Positions 38,536-50,837 of a stretch of DNA of 64,000 nt are shown in pieces (positions within the stretch are counted from its first letter, which is position 1; every line of letters begins with the position of its first letter). This stretch comes from Pedobacter sp. Lineage in GTDB: Bacteria > Desulfobacterota > Desulfuromonadia > Desulfuromonadales > Syntrophotaleaceae. The notes beneath the pieces are model-generated. The model saw only the letters and a program-made list of their open reading frames with translations. It did not search any database and was not told the DNA's origin. Location: contig JBFWJC010000001.1 in the NCBI GenBank assembly GCA_050253415.1, positions 32,001 through 96,000 on the forward strand, given 5' to 3'. A program made the translations under genes and the position numbers.

Positions 38536-39576
38536 ATGAACAAAGAGTTGAACGAGCGCTGTCGCCTGATACTTGAGGCCATCATCGAGGACTACATAAC
38601 GTTCGGGGAACCGGTCGGTTCGCGTGCCCTTACGCATCGGCACAATATCGCTTTGTCACCGGCCACAGTGCGTAACGTTATGGCCGACCTGGAAGAAATG
38701 GGTTTTTTGACATCTCCCCATACCTCGGCCGGACGTGTCCCCACCGAGAAAGGCTACCGTTTCTACCTCGACAGCCTGTTGCAGATTAAACAGTTATCCC
38801 TTGGCAAGCGGCAATCGATCCAGGAGCACTACCAGCATCGCGGCCTGCGCATGGAAGAGCTGCTGCGGGAGGCCGGACGCATCCTGTCGGCCACTTCCAG
38901 CTATACGGGCGTGGTCATGGTGCCGCACCTGACAACCACGGTCTGCCGGCGCATCGACTTTGTGCGCCTGTCGGCCCGGCGTATCCTGGTGGTATTCGTC
39001 AGTCAGTCCGGCATTGTCGAGCACAAACTTATCGAATCAGACCTGCCGCTTACCGAATCCGAGTTGCAGGAAGCGACCAATTATCTCAGTCAGACGTTCT
39101 CCGGTCTGTCCATTCAGGAAATCAAGCAGTACATCGTCTCCCAGATGGCTGAAGAAAAGGCCATGTACGACAGCATACTGCGACGGACACTGCAGCTTTC
39201 AAGCATGGCATTGGAAGATGACCTGGGGGGACAGGTGTTCATCGAGGGCGCCTGCAATATCCTCGATCAGCCGGAATTCAACGACCTGAACCGGATGAAG
39301 CGACTAATGCGTACCTTCGACCAGAAAAACCTGCTGGTCGAGTTGTTGCACAAGAGCCAGTTAACCGAAGGGGTGCAGATCTACATCGGCAGCCCGGATC
39401 ATTACAGCGATATCGAAGGATGCAGCCTGGTTGCGGCCTCATTTACAAGCCGCTGGGGCGCCACCGGCACCTTGGGCATCATAGGGCCGACCCGCATGCC
39501 TTATTCAACAGTCATTCCGCTGGTGGACTTCACCGCCGGACTGGTTGGCAGCATCCTCGACATCGACGAGGAATAG
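38536..39576 (+). CDS. hrcA: Heat-inducible transcription repressor HrcA
   Basis: EPVGSR; SPATVRNVMADLE; PHTSAGRVPT; GIIGPTRM. Confidence 0.97.
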   Translation: MNKELNERCRLILEAIIEDYITFGEPVGSRALTHRHNIALSPATVRNVMADLEEMGFLTSPHTSAGRVPTEKGYRFYLDSLLQIKQLSLGKRQSIQEHYQHRGLRMEELLREAGRILSATSSYTGVVMVPHLTTTVCRRIDFVRLSARRILVVFVSQSGIVEHKLIESDLPLTESELQEATNYLSQTFSGLSIQEIKQYIVSQMAEEKAMYDSILRRTLQLSSMALEDDLGGQVFIEGACNILDQPEFNDLNRMKRLMRTFDQKNLLVELLHKSQLTEGVQIYIGSPDHYSDIEGCSLVAASFTSRWGATGTLGIIGPTRMPYSTVIPLVDFTAGLVGSILDIDEE

Positions 39577-39589
39577 GAGAAGGACTATC

Positions 39590-40174
39590 GTGGCAGAAAA
39601 GAAAAAACAGGCAGCCGACATGAAAAACGGCCAGGAAGAGGAACAATCGGCTCCCGAGACCCCTGAGGGGGGAACAACCGAAGCAGAGCAGGACCCCGTT
39701 GCCCTCCTGCAGCAGGAACTGGCCGACGCTCAGGCCGAAACCCAGAAAAACTGGGATCTCTACCTGCGTGAACGGGCCGAGCTGGAAAACTTCCGCAAGC
39801 GCATGCAGCGCGAAAAAGAAGACCTGGTCCGTTATGCCAACGAGAATCTGCTGCGCGAGATTCTGACGGTGGTGGACAACCTGGAGCGCGCCATCGAGCA
39901 CGCGCGCAAAAATGAAGAAACGGTTCAGGGACTTCTGGAGGGTGTCGAAATGACCCTCTCCCAGTGCCAGAAACTGCTGGAAAAATTCGGTGTCACACCT
40001 GTTGTGGCCGTGGGGGAACCCTTCGACCCGACCTGGCACGAAGCCATGGGACAGCTGGAAAATGCGGACCATCCCGCCAATACCGTTCTGCAGGAAATGC
40101 AGAAAGGCTACGTGCTTAACGATCGACTGCTGCGACCGGCGCTGGTGCTGATCTCCAAAACCCCAGCCGCCTGA
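39590..40174 (+). CDS. grpE: Nucleotide exchange factor GrpE
   Basis: AELENFRKR; DNLERA; FDP..HEA; GY.LNDRLLRPA; GTG start after AGGA. Confidence 0.96.
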   Translation: MAEKKKQAADMKNGQEEEQSAPETPEGGTTEAEQDPVALLQQELADAQAETQKNWDLYLRERAELENFRKRMQREKEDLVRYANENLLREILTVVDNLERAIEHARKNEETVQGLLEGVEMTLSQCQKLLEKFGVTPVVAVGEPFDPTWHEAMGQLENADHPANTVLQEMQKGYVLNDRLLRPALVLISKTPAA

Positions 40175-40235
40175 AAATAACACCTTTAGCTAACACAACA
40201 AAACCAAGTTCATATTTAAAGGAGGATATATAATC

Positions 40236-42137
40236 ATGGGTAGAGTTATCGGAATTGACCTCGGCACCACCAACTCATGCGTGGCTGTCATGGAAGGGGG
40301 CGAACCCGTCGTCATCGCCAACGCTGAAGGCTCCCGCACCACCCCTTCAATGGTTGCTTTCACCGAAAGCGGCGAGCGCCTGGTCGGCCAACAGGCTAAA
40401 CGTCAGGCTGTGACCAACCCGGAAAACACTTTGTTCGCCATTAAACGCCTTATCGGCCGCAAATTTGACAGCGATGCAGTGCGTCGCGATATCCAGATCA
40501 GCCCGTTCAATATCATCAACGCCGACAACGGCGATGCCTGGGTTGAAGTACGCGGCAAGAAATACAGCCCGCCTGAAATCTCCGCCATGATTCTGCAGAA
40601 AATGAAGCAGACCGCGGAAGATTACCTCGGCGAGAAGGTTACCGATGCGGTTATTACCGTACCGGCCTACTTCAACGACTCCCAGCGCCAGGCCACCAAG
40701 GACGCCGGCAAAATCTCCGGGCTGAACGTATTGCGCATCATCAACGAGCCGACCGCTGCTTCTCTTGCCTACGGCCTCGACAAAAAAGGCGAAGAAAAAA
40801 TTGCCGTTTTCGACCTTGGCGGCGGCACTTTCGATATCTCCGTTCTGGAACTGGGTGATGGCGTGTTCGAGGTCAAGTCGACCAACGGCGACACTTTCCT
40901 GGGCGGCGAAGACTTCGATCAGCACATCATGGATTACGTGGCTGACGAGTTCAAAAAGGAACAGGGCATCGACCTTCGCAACGACAAGATGGCCCTGCAG
41001 CGTCTCAAGGAAGCTTGCGAAAAGGCCAAGTGCGAACTGTCCACCTCCATGGAGACGGACATCAACCTGCCCTTTATCACTGCCGACGCGTCCGGACCCA
41101 AGCATCTCACCATGCGCCTGACCCGCTCCAAGCTGGAAAGCATCTGCGCCAGCCTGTTGGCCAAACTGGTTGAGCCTTGCCGCATGGCCCTGAAAGACGC
41201 CGGGTTGTCGGCCTCCGACATCGACGAAGTACTGCTGGTCGGTGGCATGACCCGTATGCCTGCTGTGCAGGCCAAAGTTCAGGAAATCTTCGGCAAGACC
41301 CCCAGCAAAGGCGTCAACCCGGATGAGGTCGTCGCTATCGGCGCCGCCATCCAGGGCGGTGTTCTCAAAGGCGAAGTCAAAGATGTACTGCTGCTGGACG
41401 TTACGCCTCTGTCCCTGGGCATCGAAACCCTCGGCAGCATCATGACCAAGCTTATCGAGAAAAACACCACCATCCCCTGCAAAAAGAGCCAGATTTTCTC
41501 TACTGCGGCGGACAACCAACCGGCGGTATCGGTTCACGTACTGCAGGGCGAACGTGAGATGGCAGGCGACAACAAGACCATCGGGCGCTTTGAGCTGGTA
41601 GGTATCCCGCCCGCACCGCGTGGCGTGCCCCAGGTCGAGGTAACCTTCGACATCGACGCCAACGGCATCCTGCACGTTTCGGCCAAAGACCTCGGCACCG
41701 GTAAAGAGCAGTCGATCCGCATCACCGCTTCTTCCGGCCTGAGCGATGAGGAAGTCGAAAAAATGGTCAAGGACGCGGAGGCCCACGCCAGCGAAGACAA
41801 GAAAAAACGCGAGCTGATCGAAGCGCGCAACCAGGCTGACGGACTCGCCTACTCCACCGAGCACTCCCTCAAGGAGCATGGCGATAAAATCGACGAGGCA
41901 ACCCGCACCAACATCCAGAGCGCTCTTGACGATCTCAGAAAATCCCTGGAAGGGGAAAATACGGACGAGATCCGCGAGAAGAGCGAAGCTCTGGCCACTG
42001 CATCTCACAAACTGGCCGAAGCGATCTACAAGCAGACCCAGGAAGGTGCGCAAGCGGCTCCCGAAGGCGCCGAGCAGAGCGCCGATGACGGGGTAGTCGA
42101 TGCAGAATTTGAAGAAGTCGACGACCAGAACAAATAA
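40236..42137 (+). CDS. dnaK: Chaperone DnaK
   Basis: [32 protein letters not shown]. Confidence 0.99.
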   Translation: MGRVIGIDLGTTNSCVAVMEGGEPVVIANAEGSRTTPSMVAFTESGERLVGQQAKRQAVTNPENTLFAIKRLIGRKFDSDAVRRDIQISPFNIINADNGDAWVEVRGKKYSPPEISAMILQKMKQTAEDYLGEKVTDAVITVPAYFNDSQRQATKDAGKISGLNVLRIINEPTAASLAYGLDKKGEEKIAVFDLGGGTFDISVLELGDGVFEVKSTNGDTFLGGEDFDQHIMDYVADEFKKEQGIDLRNDKMALQRLKEACEKAKCELSTSMETDINLPFITADASGPKHLTMRLTRSKLESICASLLAKLVEPCRMALKDAGLSASDIDEVLLVGGMTRMPAVQAKVQEIFGKTPSKGVNPDEVVAIGAAIQGGVLKGEVKDVLLLDVTPLSLGIETLGSIMTKLIEKNTTIPCKKSQIFSTAADNQPAVSVHVLQGEREMAGDNKTIGRFELVGIPPAPRGVPQVEVTFDIDANGILHVSAKDLGTGKEQSIRITASSGLSDEEVEKMVKDAEAHASEDKKKRELIEARNQADGLAYSTEHSLKEHGDKIDEATRTNIQSALDDLRKSLEGENTDEIREKSEALATASHKLAEAIYKQTQEGAQAAPEGAEQSADDGVVDAEFEEVDDQNK

Positions 42138-42160
42138 ACAATCCACCCTTCTGTAGCACC

Positions 42161-42191
42161 ACAGGAGCCGGGGAATCCCCCCGGCTCCTGT
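42161..42191 (+). terminator. GC-rich hairpin after dnaK (terminator or mRNA stabiliser)
   Basis: ACAGGAGCCGGGG-AATCC-CCCCGGCTCCTGT. Confidence 0.7.
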
Positions 42192-42259
42192 TGCTGTTCA
42201 GATTCACTCCAGCCGGATGTTCAGTTCCTGTTGTGGCTGGAATATAAGGAATTTAAGAG

Positions 42260-43378
42260 TTGAGTAAGCGCGATTATTACGAGGTTCTGGAAGTCCATCG
42301 CAATGCCAGCGAAACGGAGATAAAAAAAGCCTATCGCAAACTGGCGATTCAATATCACCCGGATAAAAACGCCGGAGACAAAGCCGCCGAAGAAAAATTC
42401 AAGGAAATCTCCGAAGCGTATTCCGTGTTGTCCGACACCCAGCAACGCGTAATCTACGACCAATATGGCCATGCCGGCCTCGGCAATGGCGGTGGAGGTG
42501 GCGGTTACTCTTCCGGTGGCTTTGGCGGCAGTCCCTTTGAGGATCTGTTCGGCGATATTTTTGGAGACATTTTTGGGGGACGCTCCAGCCAACGTAGTCG
42601 CGGCCGCCGTGGAGATGATCTGCGCTACAACCTCTCCATCACGTTTGAAGAAGCGGCCTTCGGACTCGAAACCAAAATTCAGATCCCGCGTTATCAGGCT
42701 TGCGGTACCTGCGATGGCCTTGGCTCCAAACCGGGAACAACTCCACGCGTCTGCCCTACCTGCCAGGGTGCAGGTCAGGTGCGAATCCAGCAGGGTTACT
42801 TTTCGCTGACCAGACCTTGCCCCGAATGTCAGGGAGAGGGCCAGATCATCGACCAACCTTGCGACGAATGTCGCGGCAGTGGCCGGATACGCGGCAAGCG
42901 TACCTTGACTCTTAAAATCCCCGCCGGCGTTGAAACCGGCAGTCGCCTCAAATTATCCGCCGAGGGGGACCCTGGCCTGAACGGCGGTCCGCCGGGCGAT
43001 CTGTATGTGGTGATTTCCGTTCAGGATCACCCCCTGTTCCGCCGCGACGGTCAAGACATTATCTGCGAAATCCCGATCTCTTTTCCGCAAGCGGCTCTTG
43101 GTTGCGAACTGGAAGTGCCGACCCTGACGGAAAAGATTACTATCAAGGTCGCACCCGGCACCCAGTCCGGGAAAGTGATAAAGCTCCAGGATCGCGGCTT
43201 TCCTTCCTTGCAGGGATATGGACGCGGCGACCAGCTGGTCGTTTTGAGAGCGGAAGTTCCAACCAGCCTGACCGATCGCCAAAAAGAACTGCTGGAGGAA
43301 TTCGCCCGAGAGGGTGGTGAAGACATCCACCCCATGGGAAAAACATTCTTTGATAAAGTGAAAGAACTGTTTGGCTGA
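42260..43378 (+). CDS. dnaJ: Chaperone DnaJ
   Basis: J domain with HPD; G/F-rich region; four CxxCxGxG repeats. Confidence 0.98.
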   Translation: MSKRDYYEVLEVHRNASETEIKKAYRKLAIQYHPDKNAGDKAAEEKFKEISEAYSVLSDTQQRVIYDQYGHAGLGNGGGGGGYSSGGFGGSPFEDLFGDIFGDIFGGRSSQRSRGRRGDDLRYNLSITFEEAAFGLETKIQIPRYQACGTCDGLGSKPGTTPRVCPTCQGAGQVRIQQGYFSLTRPCPECQGEGQIIDQPCDECRGSGRIRGKRTLTLKIPAGVETGSRLKLSAEGDPGLNGGPPGDLYVVISVQDHPLFRRDGQDIICEIPISFPQAALGCELEVPTLTEKITIKVAPGTQSGKVIKLQDRGFPSLQGYGRGDQLVVLRAEVPTSLTDRQKELLEEFAREGGEDIHPMGKTFFDKVKELFG

Positions 43379-45269
43379 TCCGCCTATTCGGATCGATATT
43401 TTAATACGAGGCCCTCACTTGAATCGCGCCATTGTCGCAGCTTTTGTTTTAGCTATTATCTTCCTGGCGGGACATCGCGCCATGGCAGCACCGGCAACGA
43501 CTCCCTTGCAGCAGGCACTGGAACTGTATCAATCCGGTTCCCCCGAAAGGGCCGTGCCCTTGCTTAAAGCCGCCATTTCGCAAAACCCCGAGGCACCTGA
43601 TGCGTGGCAGGCACATCTGGCACTGGCGCGCATCTATCATAAACAAGACCGACTTGCCGACATGCTTGCGCAACTGGGAGCAATCCCGGCCGAAAAACGC
43701 AATCCGGAAGCCCTTCTCCTCGAGGGCCTGGGTTTATTGGGCACGGGGCAGGTTGTTTCCGGCATGGACCGCCTGCGTTCCCTCCCGGAAACCGGCCTCA
43801 ACAGCCAGCAGCAGCAACAACGCCTGACGGCTTTGTCCGAAGGGGCCTCACAACTCGAACGCCATGCGGAAGCCCTTTACTTTATTCAACAGAGCGTGCT
43901 TCACAGCAACGAGCCTGCCAACACTTCCGCGCTACTGCAACAAGCCCATGAGCTCTTAAAAAATCGTTGCAGCGATGCAGAATTGGCCGAAGCTGCATTT
44001 CTATACCAGGGGACAGCCGTAGGACTGGATGCCTTGCTACAGCAGGCCTGGCGCCACAAGAACGCTGGTCGATCCGAGCAGGCGCTGCTGCTCCTCAACA
44101 CCCTGCTGAAAAGCCCGGTAGACTTTCCGTTTCGTGACAACGCCGAACTGTTGCTGCAGCAATTGTCCGGCAGCGGTCAATCGCTGGCACTGGGGGTATT
44201 ACTGCCCCTTTCAGGGCGCTTTTCCAATTATGGGAAGCAAGTTCTGAGGGGCATGGAACTGGCCCTCGAGCTGCATAACCAGCAATCCCCAAAAATCACC
44301 CTGTTGGTAAGGGATAGTGCCGGAGAACCGGACCTGGCGGAACAACTTATCGGAGAACTGGCTTCCTCCCCGCAAGTACTGGGCGTATTAGGACCCCTGA
44401 CGGGAAGCGCCGCAAACGCCGCTGCGCAACGGGCACAGCAGGAACATCTGCCCATGCTGGCACTTTCGCAGCATGCGGGGCTCCCTCAAGTCGGCCCCTG
44501 GATTTTTCGTAATTCACTCACCAGTGAACTCCAGGTGCACACGCTGGTTGACTACGCCGTCAACCAAAAGAAGATATCTTCTTTTGGCATACTTGCCCCC
44601 GATACCCGCCTTGGCAGGGAAATAAGCCAGGCTTTTTCCGATGCTGTACGCGACAAGGGTGCAAAGATCGTAGCCATCCAGACCTACAGTCCGCAAACCA
44701 CTGATTTTCGCCGGCAGGTTAAGTTACTGCAGGGCTTAAACCCCAACACGCCCGAACCTAAAAAGGAACCTGGCACCAGCGTGCAGCCACCCGCTCCTGC
44801 GCCCTTCGACGCGCTATTTGTGCCCGCCAACCCGGACCAACTTGCCTTGATTGCACCGCAATTACCCTTCTACGGGCTGTCGGGCGCAGTCCTCCTCGGC
44901 AATGCCAGTTGGGATGCTCCGAACTTACTGCCCCTGGCTGGCCCCTATCTGGACAATGCCGTTTTCGTCAGTGGTTTTTATCGTTTCAGCCCCTACCCCT
45001 TCGTGCGAGAGTTTGTTGATCGCTACTTTGAGCAGTATGGCGCTGAGCCTTCACTCCTCGCAGCGCAGGGATTTGATGTGGCCAACATTGTCCTTTCCCT
45101 GCTGAAGAACCCGAAATTTGCCAGCCGCGAAAGCCTCCGCCATGCCTTGAGCCAGCTACAGAACTATCCGGGAGTTACCGGGGCAACCGGCTTCACCCCT
45201 TCCGGGGAAGCCGAAAAAGTACTGTACCTGCTGGAGGTCAAACAAGGAGCTCTTGTTCAGCTGAACTGA
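43371..45269 (+). CDS. LpoA/LppC-like penicillin-binding protein activator (TPR plus type I periplasmic binding fold)
   Basis: Signal peptide; TPR-like helices; [22 protein letters not shown]. Confidence 0.75.
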   Translation: MADPPIRIDILIRGPHLNRAIVAAFVLAIIFLAGHRAMAAPATTPLQQALELYQSGSPERAVPLLKAAISQNPEAPDAWQAHLALARIYHKQDRLADMLAQLGAIPAEKRNPEALLLEGLGLLGTGQVVSGMDRLRSLPETGLNSQQQQQRLTALSEGASQLERHAEALYFIQQSVLHSNEPANTSALLQQAHELLKNRCSDAELAEAAFLYQGTAVGLDALLQQAWRHKNAGRSEQALLLLNTLLKSPVDFPFRDNAELLLQQLSGSGQSLALGVLLPLSGRFSNYGKQVLRGMELALELHNQQSPKITLLVRDSAGEPDLAEQLIGELASSPQVLGVLGPLTGSAANAAAQRAQQEHLPMLALSQHAGLPQVGPWIFRNSLTSELQVHTLVDYAVNQKKISSFGILAPDTRLGREISQAFSDAVRDKGAKIVAIQTYSPQTTDFRRQVKLLQGLNPNTPEPKKEPGTSVQPPAPAPFDALFVPANPDQLALIAPQLPFYGLSGAVLLGNASWDAPNLLPLAGPYLDNAVFVSGFYRFSPYPFVREFVDRYFEQYGAEPSLLAAQGFDVANIVLSLLKNPKFASRESLRHALSQLQNYPGVTGATGFTPSGEAEKVLYLLEVKQGALVQLN

Positions 45270-45522
45270 CTCTGGCCTCGGTTCATAATGACCATCTTTG
45301 ACCACCATCCGTACGCTGCTTGCGCTGCCTGCGAGTGGTGGTCGAACTGAAACCGTACTACCTTAGCGCCGGACATGCTTAGAGTCCGGCCCCAAGTCCG
45401 AACCACTTCACGCCTTTCCCGCCTGTTATCGACTGTCTCCGGAACGTCCTGACACCCCCTACCCTTGACGTATGCGTAACTATTATGTTAATCTTACTTT
45501 TGCGATAAAAAGGAGCCATACT

Positions 45523-46008
45523 TTGTTCAAAATTGGAGACATGGCTGTTTACCCAGCCCAAGGTGTCGGAGTAATCGAGGCCATCGAGTCAAAAGAATTT
45601 GTTGGCCAAACATTGGATTTCTACGTCCTTCGCATCGTTGACAGCGACATGACCATCATGATCCCGGTTAACAATGTCGATAGCGTGGGAATGCGATCCC
45701 TCATTGACAAGTCCCACGTCCGTACAGTTTACGACATCCTACAGGACAAACCTGAAAACCAGGCAAGTCTGGCCTCATGGAGCCGCCGCCAACGCGACTA
45801 CAACGATAAGATTCGCTCCGGCGATGTATTCGAGGTGGCAGAAGTACTGCGGGAACTGTATCTCATCCGGGAAGAGAAGGAACTCTCCTACGGTGAGAAA
45901 AAGGTTTTGGAGCTTGCCCGCAAACTGGTTTTCAAAGAAATCGCCCTGGCGGACGGCAAGGAAGAACAGCAGGTCGCAGACCGTGTCGAGAGCTTTTTTA
46001 CGCACTAG
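45523..46008 (+). CDS. carD: CarD-family transcriptional regulator
   Basis: FKIGDMAVYPAQGVG; W.RR; LSYGEK; TTG start after AAGGAG; located upstream of ispD. Confidence 0.93.
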   Translation: MFKIGDMAVYPAQGVGVIEAIESKEFVGQTLDFYVLRIVDSDMTIMIPVNNVDSVGMRSLIDKSHVRTVYDILQDKPENQASLASWSRRQRDYNDKIRSGDVFEVAEVLRELYLIREEKELSYGEKKVLELARKLVFKEIALADGKEEQQVADRVESFFTH

Positions 46009-46155
46009 CTTCCCCACACAAAAAACCACAGCCACCCCTGCACAGCCTGTCGCCGTTACACGTTTTTCAAGCCTTTCCATTTATCGTCGCACCGGCTCCC
46101 ATGCTGGTCCGTTGGCGTACCGGCAGGCGCCCCGAGATGCTGCCGAATCCCTATC

Positions 46156-46857
46156 ATGAGTATTTACGTTCTGATTCCGGCAGCAGGCATGGGCCGACGC
46201 ATGGGTGCGTCTGTCAACAAACAATACCTGCCCCTTGGTGACCGGCCGGTTCTCAGCCACACCATCGCTCTTTTCGATCAACATCCCAGTATCGACCATA
46301 TATATGTCATCTGCCCGGAAGCGGAGATCCCCCTGTGTCAGCGGGAGGTCATCGATCCGTTCGGGTTCAGGAAGGTGCGTGCCCTAGTGGCCGGCGGTGC
46401 GGAACGCCAGGATTCGGTGCGCAACGGATTGCAGGCATGCCAGGCCAGCGACGAAGATATCGTGTTGATTCATGATGGGGCCCGCCCACTGCTGCCGCCG
46501 GATCTGATAGATCCGGTTGTCACAGCCACGCAACGTCTTGGAGCAGCCATTGTCGGGGTACCGGTCAAAGATACTATCAAGATGGTGAGCAACGGCTTGA
46601 TAGACAAAACTCCCGACCGGCGCAGCCTCTGGCAGGCTCAAACCCCCCAGAGTTTCCGTTACGGGCTGATCCGGGATGCCCACATTGAGGCACTTCGGCA
46701 AAACTACCGTGGCACCGACGATGCGTCCCTGATAGAATGGCGCGGCGGCCCCGTGGCCATGATTGAGGGATGCTATCGCAATATCAAAATAACCACGCCC
46801 GAGGACCTGGTTCTGGCCCGGGCATTTCTCGACTCACCAGGAGATAAACCGGCATGA
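46156..46857 (+). CDS. ispD: 2-C-methyl-D-erythritol 4-phosphate cytidylyltransferase
   Basis: [43 protein letters not shown]. Confidence 0.97.
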   Translation: MSIYVLIPAAGMGRRMGASVNKQYLPLGDRPVLSHTIALFDQHPSIDHIYVICPEAEIPLCQREVIDPFGFRKVRALVAGGAERQDSVRNGLQACQASDEDIVLIHDGARPLLPPDLIDPVVTATQRLGAAIVGVPVKDTIKMVSNGLIDKTPDRRSLWQAQTPQSFRYGLIRDAHIEALRQNYRGTDDASLIEWRGGPVAMIEGCYRNIKITTPEDLVLARAFLDSPGDKPA

Positions 46858-47354
46858 TGCGGATCGGACACGGTTACGATGTTCACCAGTTGGTGGCGGA
46901 ACGCAAACTCATTCTCGGCGGCGTGGACATCCCCCACCACCTCGGTCTTCTGGGGCACTCCGATGCCGACGTGCTGCTGCACGCTATTTGCGATGCGATC
47001 CTCGGAGCTCTCGGCGCAGGAGATATCGGCAAGCACTTTCCCGATACCGATGCAGCTTACCGGGGCATCTCCAGCATTAAACTGCTGCACGAAGTCATGG
47101 CACTGGCTCAAGGACAAGGCTATGTGATCGGCAACCTTGACGCCACCATCATCGCCCAACGCCCCAAGCTGGCACCCTTTATCGGACAGATGCGCGAAAA
47201 CATCGCCGCCGCCTGCGCCACCGGAGTGACCGAGGTCAACGTCAAGGCGACGACCACTGAGCAATTGGGATTTGAAGGCCGTGGCGAAGGGATCTCCGCC
47301 CATGCGGTGGTGTTGCTGCGCAAGGCTGTCAGCGGGGAAGAACTGCAGCTTTAA
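46854..47354 (+). CDS. ispF: MEcPP synthase
   Basis: [30 protein letters not shown]. Confidence 0.97.
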   Translation: MMRIGHGYDVHQLVAERKLILGGVDIPHHLGLLGHSDADVLLHAICDAILGALGAGDIGKHFPDTDAAYRGISSIKLLHEVMALAQGQGYVIGNLDATIIAQRPKLAPFIGQMRENIAAACATGVTEVNVKATTTEQLGFEGRGEGISAHAVVLLRKAVSGEELQL

Positions 47355-47483
47355 CCCTGAGGGTCCGCCTCCCGACCGGGCAATTCACTATTGCTTTTTA
47401 CGTATAAATTTGCGACCTTTCTCCGGATGGTCGCTTTTTAAAACCGACGTTACTCCCCCACACACCGTTACGAGGTTTTTCCC

Positions 47484-49232
47484 ATGTCGAACAACTGTTC
47501 GAAGGAATCTGCGGATAATTCTACTACCGACAACGCTTCACCGGAATCGGCGGCGCCGACGAATTTTATCCGCACCATCATCGATGCGGATTTGCGGCAG
47601 AATAAGAACAACGGCAGCGTTGTCACCCGTTTTCCGCCCGAGCCGAATGGCTATCTGCACATTGGCCACGCCAAGAGCATCTGCCTTAATTTCGGCCTGG
47701 CGCGCGATTATGCCACCGCCCCCGGCGGTAGCCGGTGCCACCTGCGATTCGACGATACCAACCCGGTGAAAGAAGAAGTCGAGTATATCGAGTCGATCAA
47801 GGAAACGGTACAATGGCTCGGCTTCGACTGGGGAAAACACGAATATTACGCTTCGGATTACTTTGAGCAACTGTATCGATGGGCGGTGCAACTTATCGAA
47901 GCTGGCAAAGCTTATGTCGATGACCTGTCAGCAGAAGAAATCCGCGCCCATCGGGGAACCCTGACCGAACCCGGCAAAAACAGCCCCTTCAGGGACCGCT
48001 CTGTAGAAGAAAACCTGGCCCTGTTCGAGGCCATGAAGAATGGTGACTTCCCCGATGGTACCAAGGTCCTGCGGGCCAAAGTCGACATGGCCTCACCCAA
48101 TCTGAATATGCGGGATCCGGTCATGTACCGGATTTTACATGCAGAGCACCATCGCACCGGCAACGACTGGTGCATCTACCCCATGTACGACTTCACACAC
48201 GGCCAGTCCGACTCGCTGGAGGGGATTACCCATTCCATCTGCACCCTCGAATTCGAGGCGCACCGACCGCTATACGACTGGTTTATCGATCAGCTCGGCA
48301 TTCACCACCCCCAGCAGATCGAATTTGCCCGCCTCAACATCAATTACACGGTGATGAGCAAGCGCAAGTTGCTGGAACTGGTCAATGGCAAGTACGTGCA
48401 GGGCTGGGAAGATCCGCGCATGCCGACTTTGGCAGGCCTGCGCCGTCGGGGCTTCACCGCGGCGGCGATCCGCAACTTCTGCGAGCGCATCGGGGTTTCA
48501 AAAAAGGACAGCTGCGTCGACATGGGCTTTTTGGAATTCTGCGTACGGGAGGATCTTGATCGTACCACTCCGCGCGCCATGGCGGTACTCGACCCCTTGC
48601 GCGTGGTGATCGACAACTATCCCGACGGTCAGAGTGAAGAATTCGAGGCCCCCAACCATCCCAACGAGCCGGCTATGGGCAGCCGCAAGGTACCTTTTTC
48701 CAAGGTTCTCTATATTGAACGGGAAGATTTCATGGAAGATCCTCCCAAAAAGTTCTTCCGACTTGCTCCGGGCCGCGAAGTACGCCTCAAATACGCCTAT
48801 CTGGTTCGCTGCGATGAGGTGATCAAAGATCCCGTCAGCGGTGAGATCATCGAGCTTCGCTGCAGCTACGATCCGGATTCGCGCGGTGGTTCCGCCCCCG
48901 ACGGCCGTAAAGTCAAGGGCACTCTGCACTGGGTTTCCGAGGCCCATGCGGTCAAGGCCGAAGTTCGCCTTTACGACCGCCTGTTTAACGATCCCAACCC
49001 GGACGGCGACAAAGAGGTCGACTTCAAAACCCACCTCAACCCCGATTCCCTTCAGGTGGTGCAGAATTGCCTGCTGGAACCGTCGTTGGCTGAGGCCATG
49101 CCCGAGAATCGCTATCAGTTTGAAAGACTTGGTTATTTCTGCGCCGATCGCTACGATTTCAGTCCTGCAAAACCGGTCTTCAACCGGACTGTGACCCTGC
49201 GCGATTCCTGGGCCAAAACCGGCGACAAATAG
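47484..49232 (+). CDS. glnS: Glutamine--tRNA ligase
   Basis: [35 protein letters not shown]. Confidence 0.97.
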   Translation: MSNNCSKESADNSTTDNASPESAAPTNFIRTIIDADLRQNKNNGSVVTRFPPEPNGYLHIGHAKSICLNFGLARDYATAPGGSRCHLRFDDTNPVKEEVEYIESIKETVQWLGFDWGKHEYYASDYFEQLYRWAVQLIEAGKAYVDDLSAEEIRAHRGTLTEPGKNSPFRDRSVEENLALFEAMKNGDFPDGTKVLRAKVDMASPNLNMRDPVMYRILHAEHHRTGNDWCIYPMYDFTHGQSDSLEGITHSICTLEFEAHRPLYDWFIDQLGIHHPQQIEFARLNINYTVMSKRKLLELVNGKYVQGWEDPRMPTLAGLRRRGFTAAAIRNFCERIGVSKKDSCVDMGFLEFCVREDLDRTTPRAMAVLDPLRVVIDNYPDGQSEEFEAPNHPNEPAMGSRKVPFSKVLYIEREDFMEDPPKKFFRLAPGREVRLKYAYLVRCDEVIKDPVSGEIIELRCSYDPDSRGGSAPDGRKVKGTLHWVSEAHAVKAEVRLYDRLFNDPNPDGDKEVDFKTHLNPDSLQVVQNCLLEPSLAEAMPENRYQFERLGYFCADRYDFSPAKPVFNRTVTLRDSWAKTGDK

Positions 49233-49277
49233 TTTTCATCCACTGTCTGCCCGATATATCAAGGAGAAACCGTTACC

Positions 49278-50723
49278 ATGAGTTTGCGCGTTTACAATAC
49301 CATGACCGGCCGCAAAGAAGATTTCGAGCCGATTAATCCCGGCAAGGTCGGCATGTATGTCTGCGGGGTAACCGTTTACGACTATTGCCATATTGGCCAC
49401 GCTCGCGCCAATGTGGTTTTCGATATCATTTACCGCTACCTGCAGTTCATCGGTTTCGACGTTAACTATGTGCGCAACTATACCGATGTCGACGATAAGA
49501 TCATCAACCGCGCCAACGAACGGGGCATTTCCTCCAACGATCTGGCCAGCGAATTCATCCGGGCGTTTGACGAGGACATGCAACGGTTGGGCCTGGCCGA
49601 GCCGACCATCCAGCCCAAGGCAACCCACCATATCGACCACATCATCAACCTGGTGCAGCGCCTTATCGACCGGGGCATGGCCTACGCATCACAGGGCGAT
49701 GTTTATTTTTCGGTAGAGAACTTCCCTTCCTACCTCAAACTCAGCAAGCGCAACATGGACGAAATGCGCTCCGGCGCACGCATCACTCCCGGCGAGCAGA
49801 AGCGCAACCCCATGGACTTTGCGCTGTGGAAGGCCGCCAAACCGGGTGAACCCTCCTGGGACAGCCCCTGGGGACCCGGACGCCCCGGGTGGCACATCGA
49901 ATGTTCCGCCATGTCGATGGAATATCTCGGCGAATCTTTCGACATTCATGGCGGTGGCAAGGACCTGGTGTTCCCCCACCATGAAAACGAAATCGCCCAG
50001 AGCGAGGGGGCTACCGGCAAACCGTTTGTCAAATACTGGCTGCACAACGGTTTCGTCAATGTAAACCAGGAGAAAATGAGCAAGTCCCTGGGCAACTTTT
50101 TCACGATCCGGGACATCCTCAAAAGTTACGACCCGGAGGTGCTGCGCTTCTTTATCCTGACAGCCCACTACCGCTCGCCCATCGACTTCTCCGACCAGAA
50201 CCTGCAGGATGCACGCCTCGGCCTGAGCCGCTTTTACGAAGGGCTGCAAGCCGCCGACGAAGTACTGGCCGCCTGCCCGCCAGGCGACGCTACCTCGGAT
50301 GCCGGCAACGCTCTGGAAAACGCCTTCCGTGAAGCCATGGACGATGATTTCAACACGGCTGCGGCTATCGGTCACCTGTTCGACGCGGTGCGGACCATCA
50401 ACCGTCTGATTGCCGAAAAAGGCTTCCGTAAAAATCGCGACAAAATTGCCGAGGTAACCGCACTGCGCGACGCCCTGCTCAAAATCGGCGGGGTGCTCGG
50501 ACTGTTCATCTCCGAACCAGCAGCCTGGCTCAAGCAGATGAACCTCGCCATGCTGGCGGATACCGGTTACACCGAAGCCGACATCGAAGACTTCATCCGG
50601 CAGCGTCAGGAGGCTCGTAAAAACAAAGATTTTGCCCGTGCCGACGAAATCCGCGACGAGCTGGCCGCCAAAGGCATTCAGTTCCTCGACGGCCCGCAGG
50701 GCACCACGTGGAAGATTCGCTGA
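49278..50723 (+). CDS. cysS: Cysteine--tRNA ligase
   Basis: [28 protein letters not shown]. Confidence 0.98.
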   Translation: MSLRVYNTMTGRKEDFEPINPGKVGMYVCGVTVYDYCHIGHARANVVFDIIYRYLQFIGFDVNYVRNYTDVDDKIINRANERGISSNDLASEFIRAFDEDMQRLGLAEPTIQPKATHHIDHIINLVQRLIDRGMAYASQGDVYFSVENFPSYLKLSKRNMDEMRSGARITPGEQKRNPMDFALWKAAKPGEPSWDSPWGPGRPGWHIECSAMSMEYLGESFDIHGGGKDLVFPHHENEIAQSEGATGKPFVKYWLHNGFVNVNQEKMSKSLGNFFTIRDILKSYDPEVLRFFILTAHYRSPIDFSDQNLQDARLGLSRFYEGLQAADEVLAACPPGDATSDAGNALENAFREAMDDDFNTAAAIGHLFDAVRTINRLIAEKGFRKNRDKIAEVTALRDALLKIGGVLGLFISEPAAWLKQMNLAMLADTGYTEADIEDFIRQRQEARKNKDFARADEIRDELAAKGIQFLDGPQGTTWKIR

Positions 50724-50837
50724 TGCTGGTTTTTTAAATACGAAGGACGGAGGGTCATCCCGCAGGGGGTGGCCCTTTTTTGCAACAGACTCCTAGCGGG
50801 TATCTTTTTTCAGCGTGACGGTTTAAACTTTTCCATT

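Noticed and set aside
40347..42146. 599-aa ORF antisense to dnaK
   Set aside because: Well-known antisense shadow of dnaK caused by codon bias; no independent motifs
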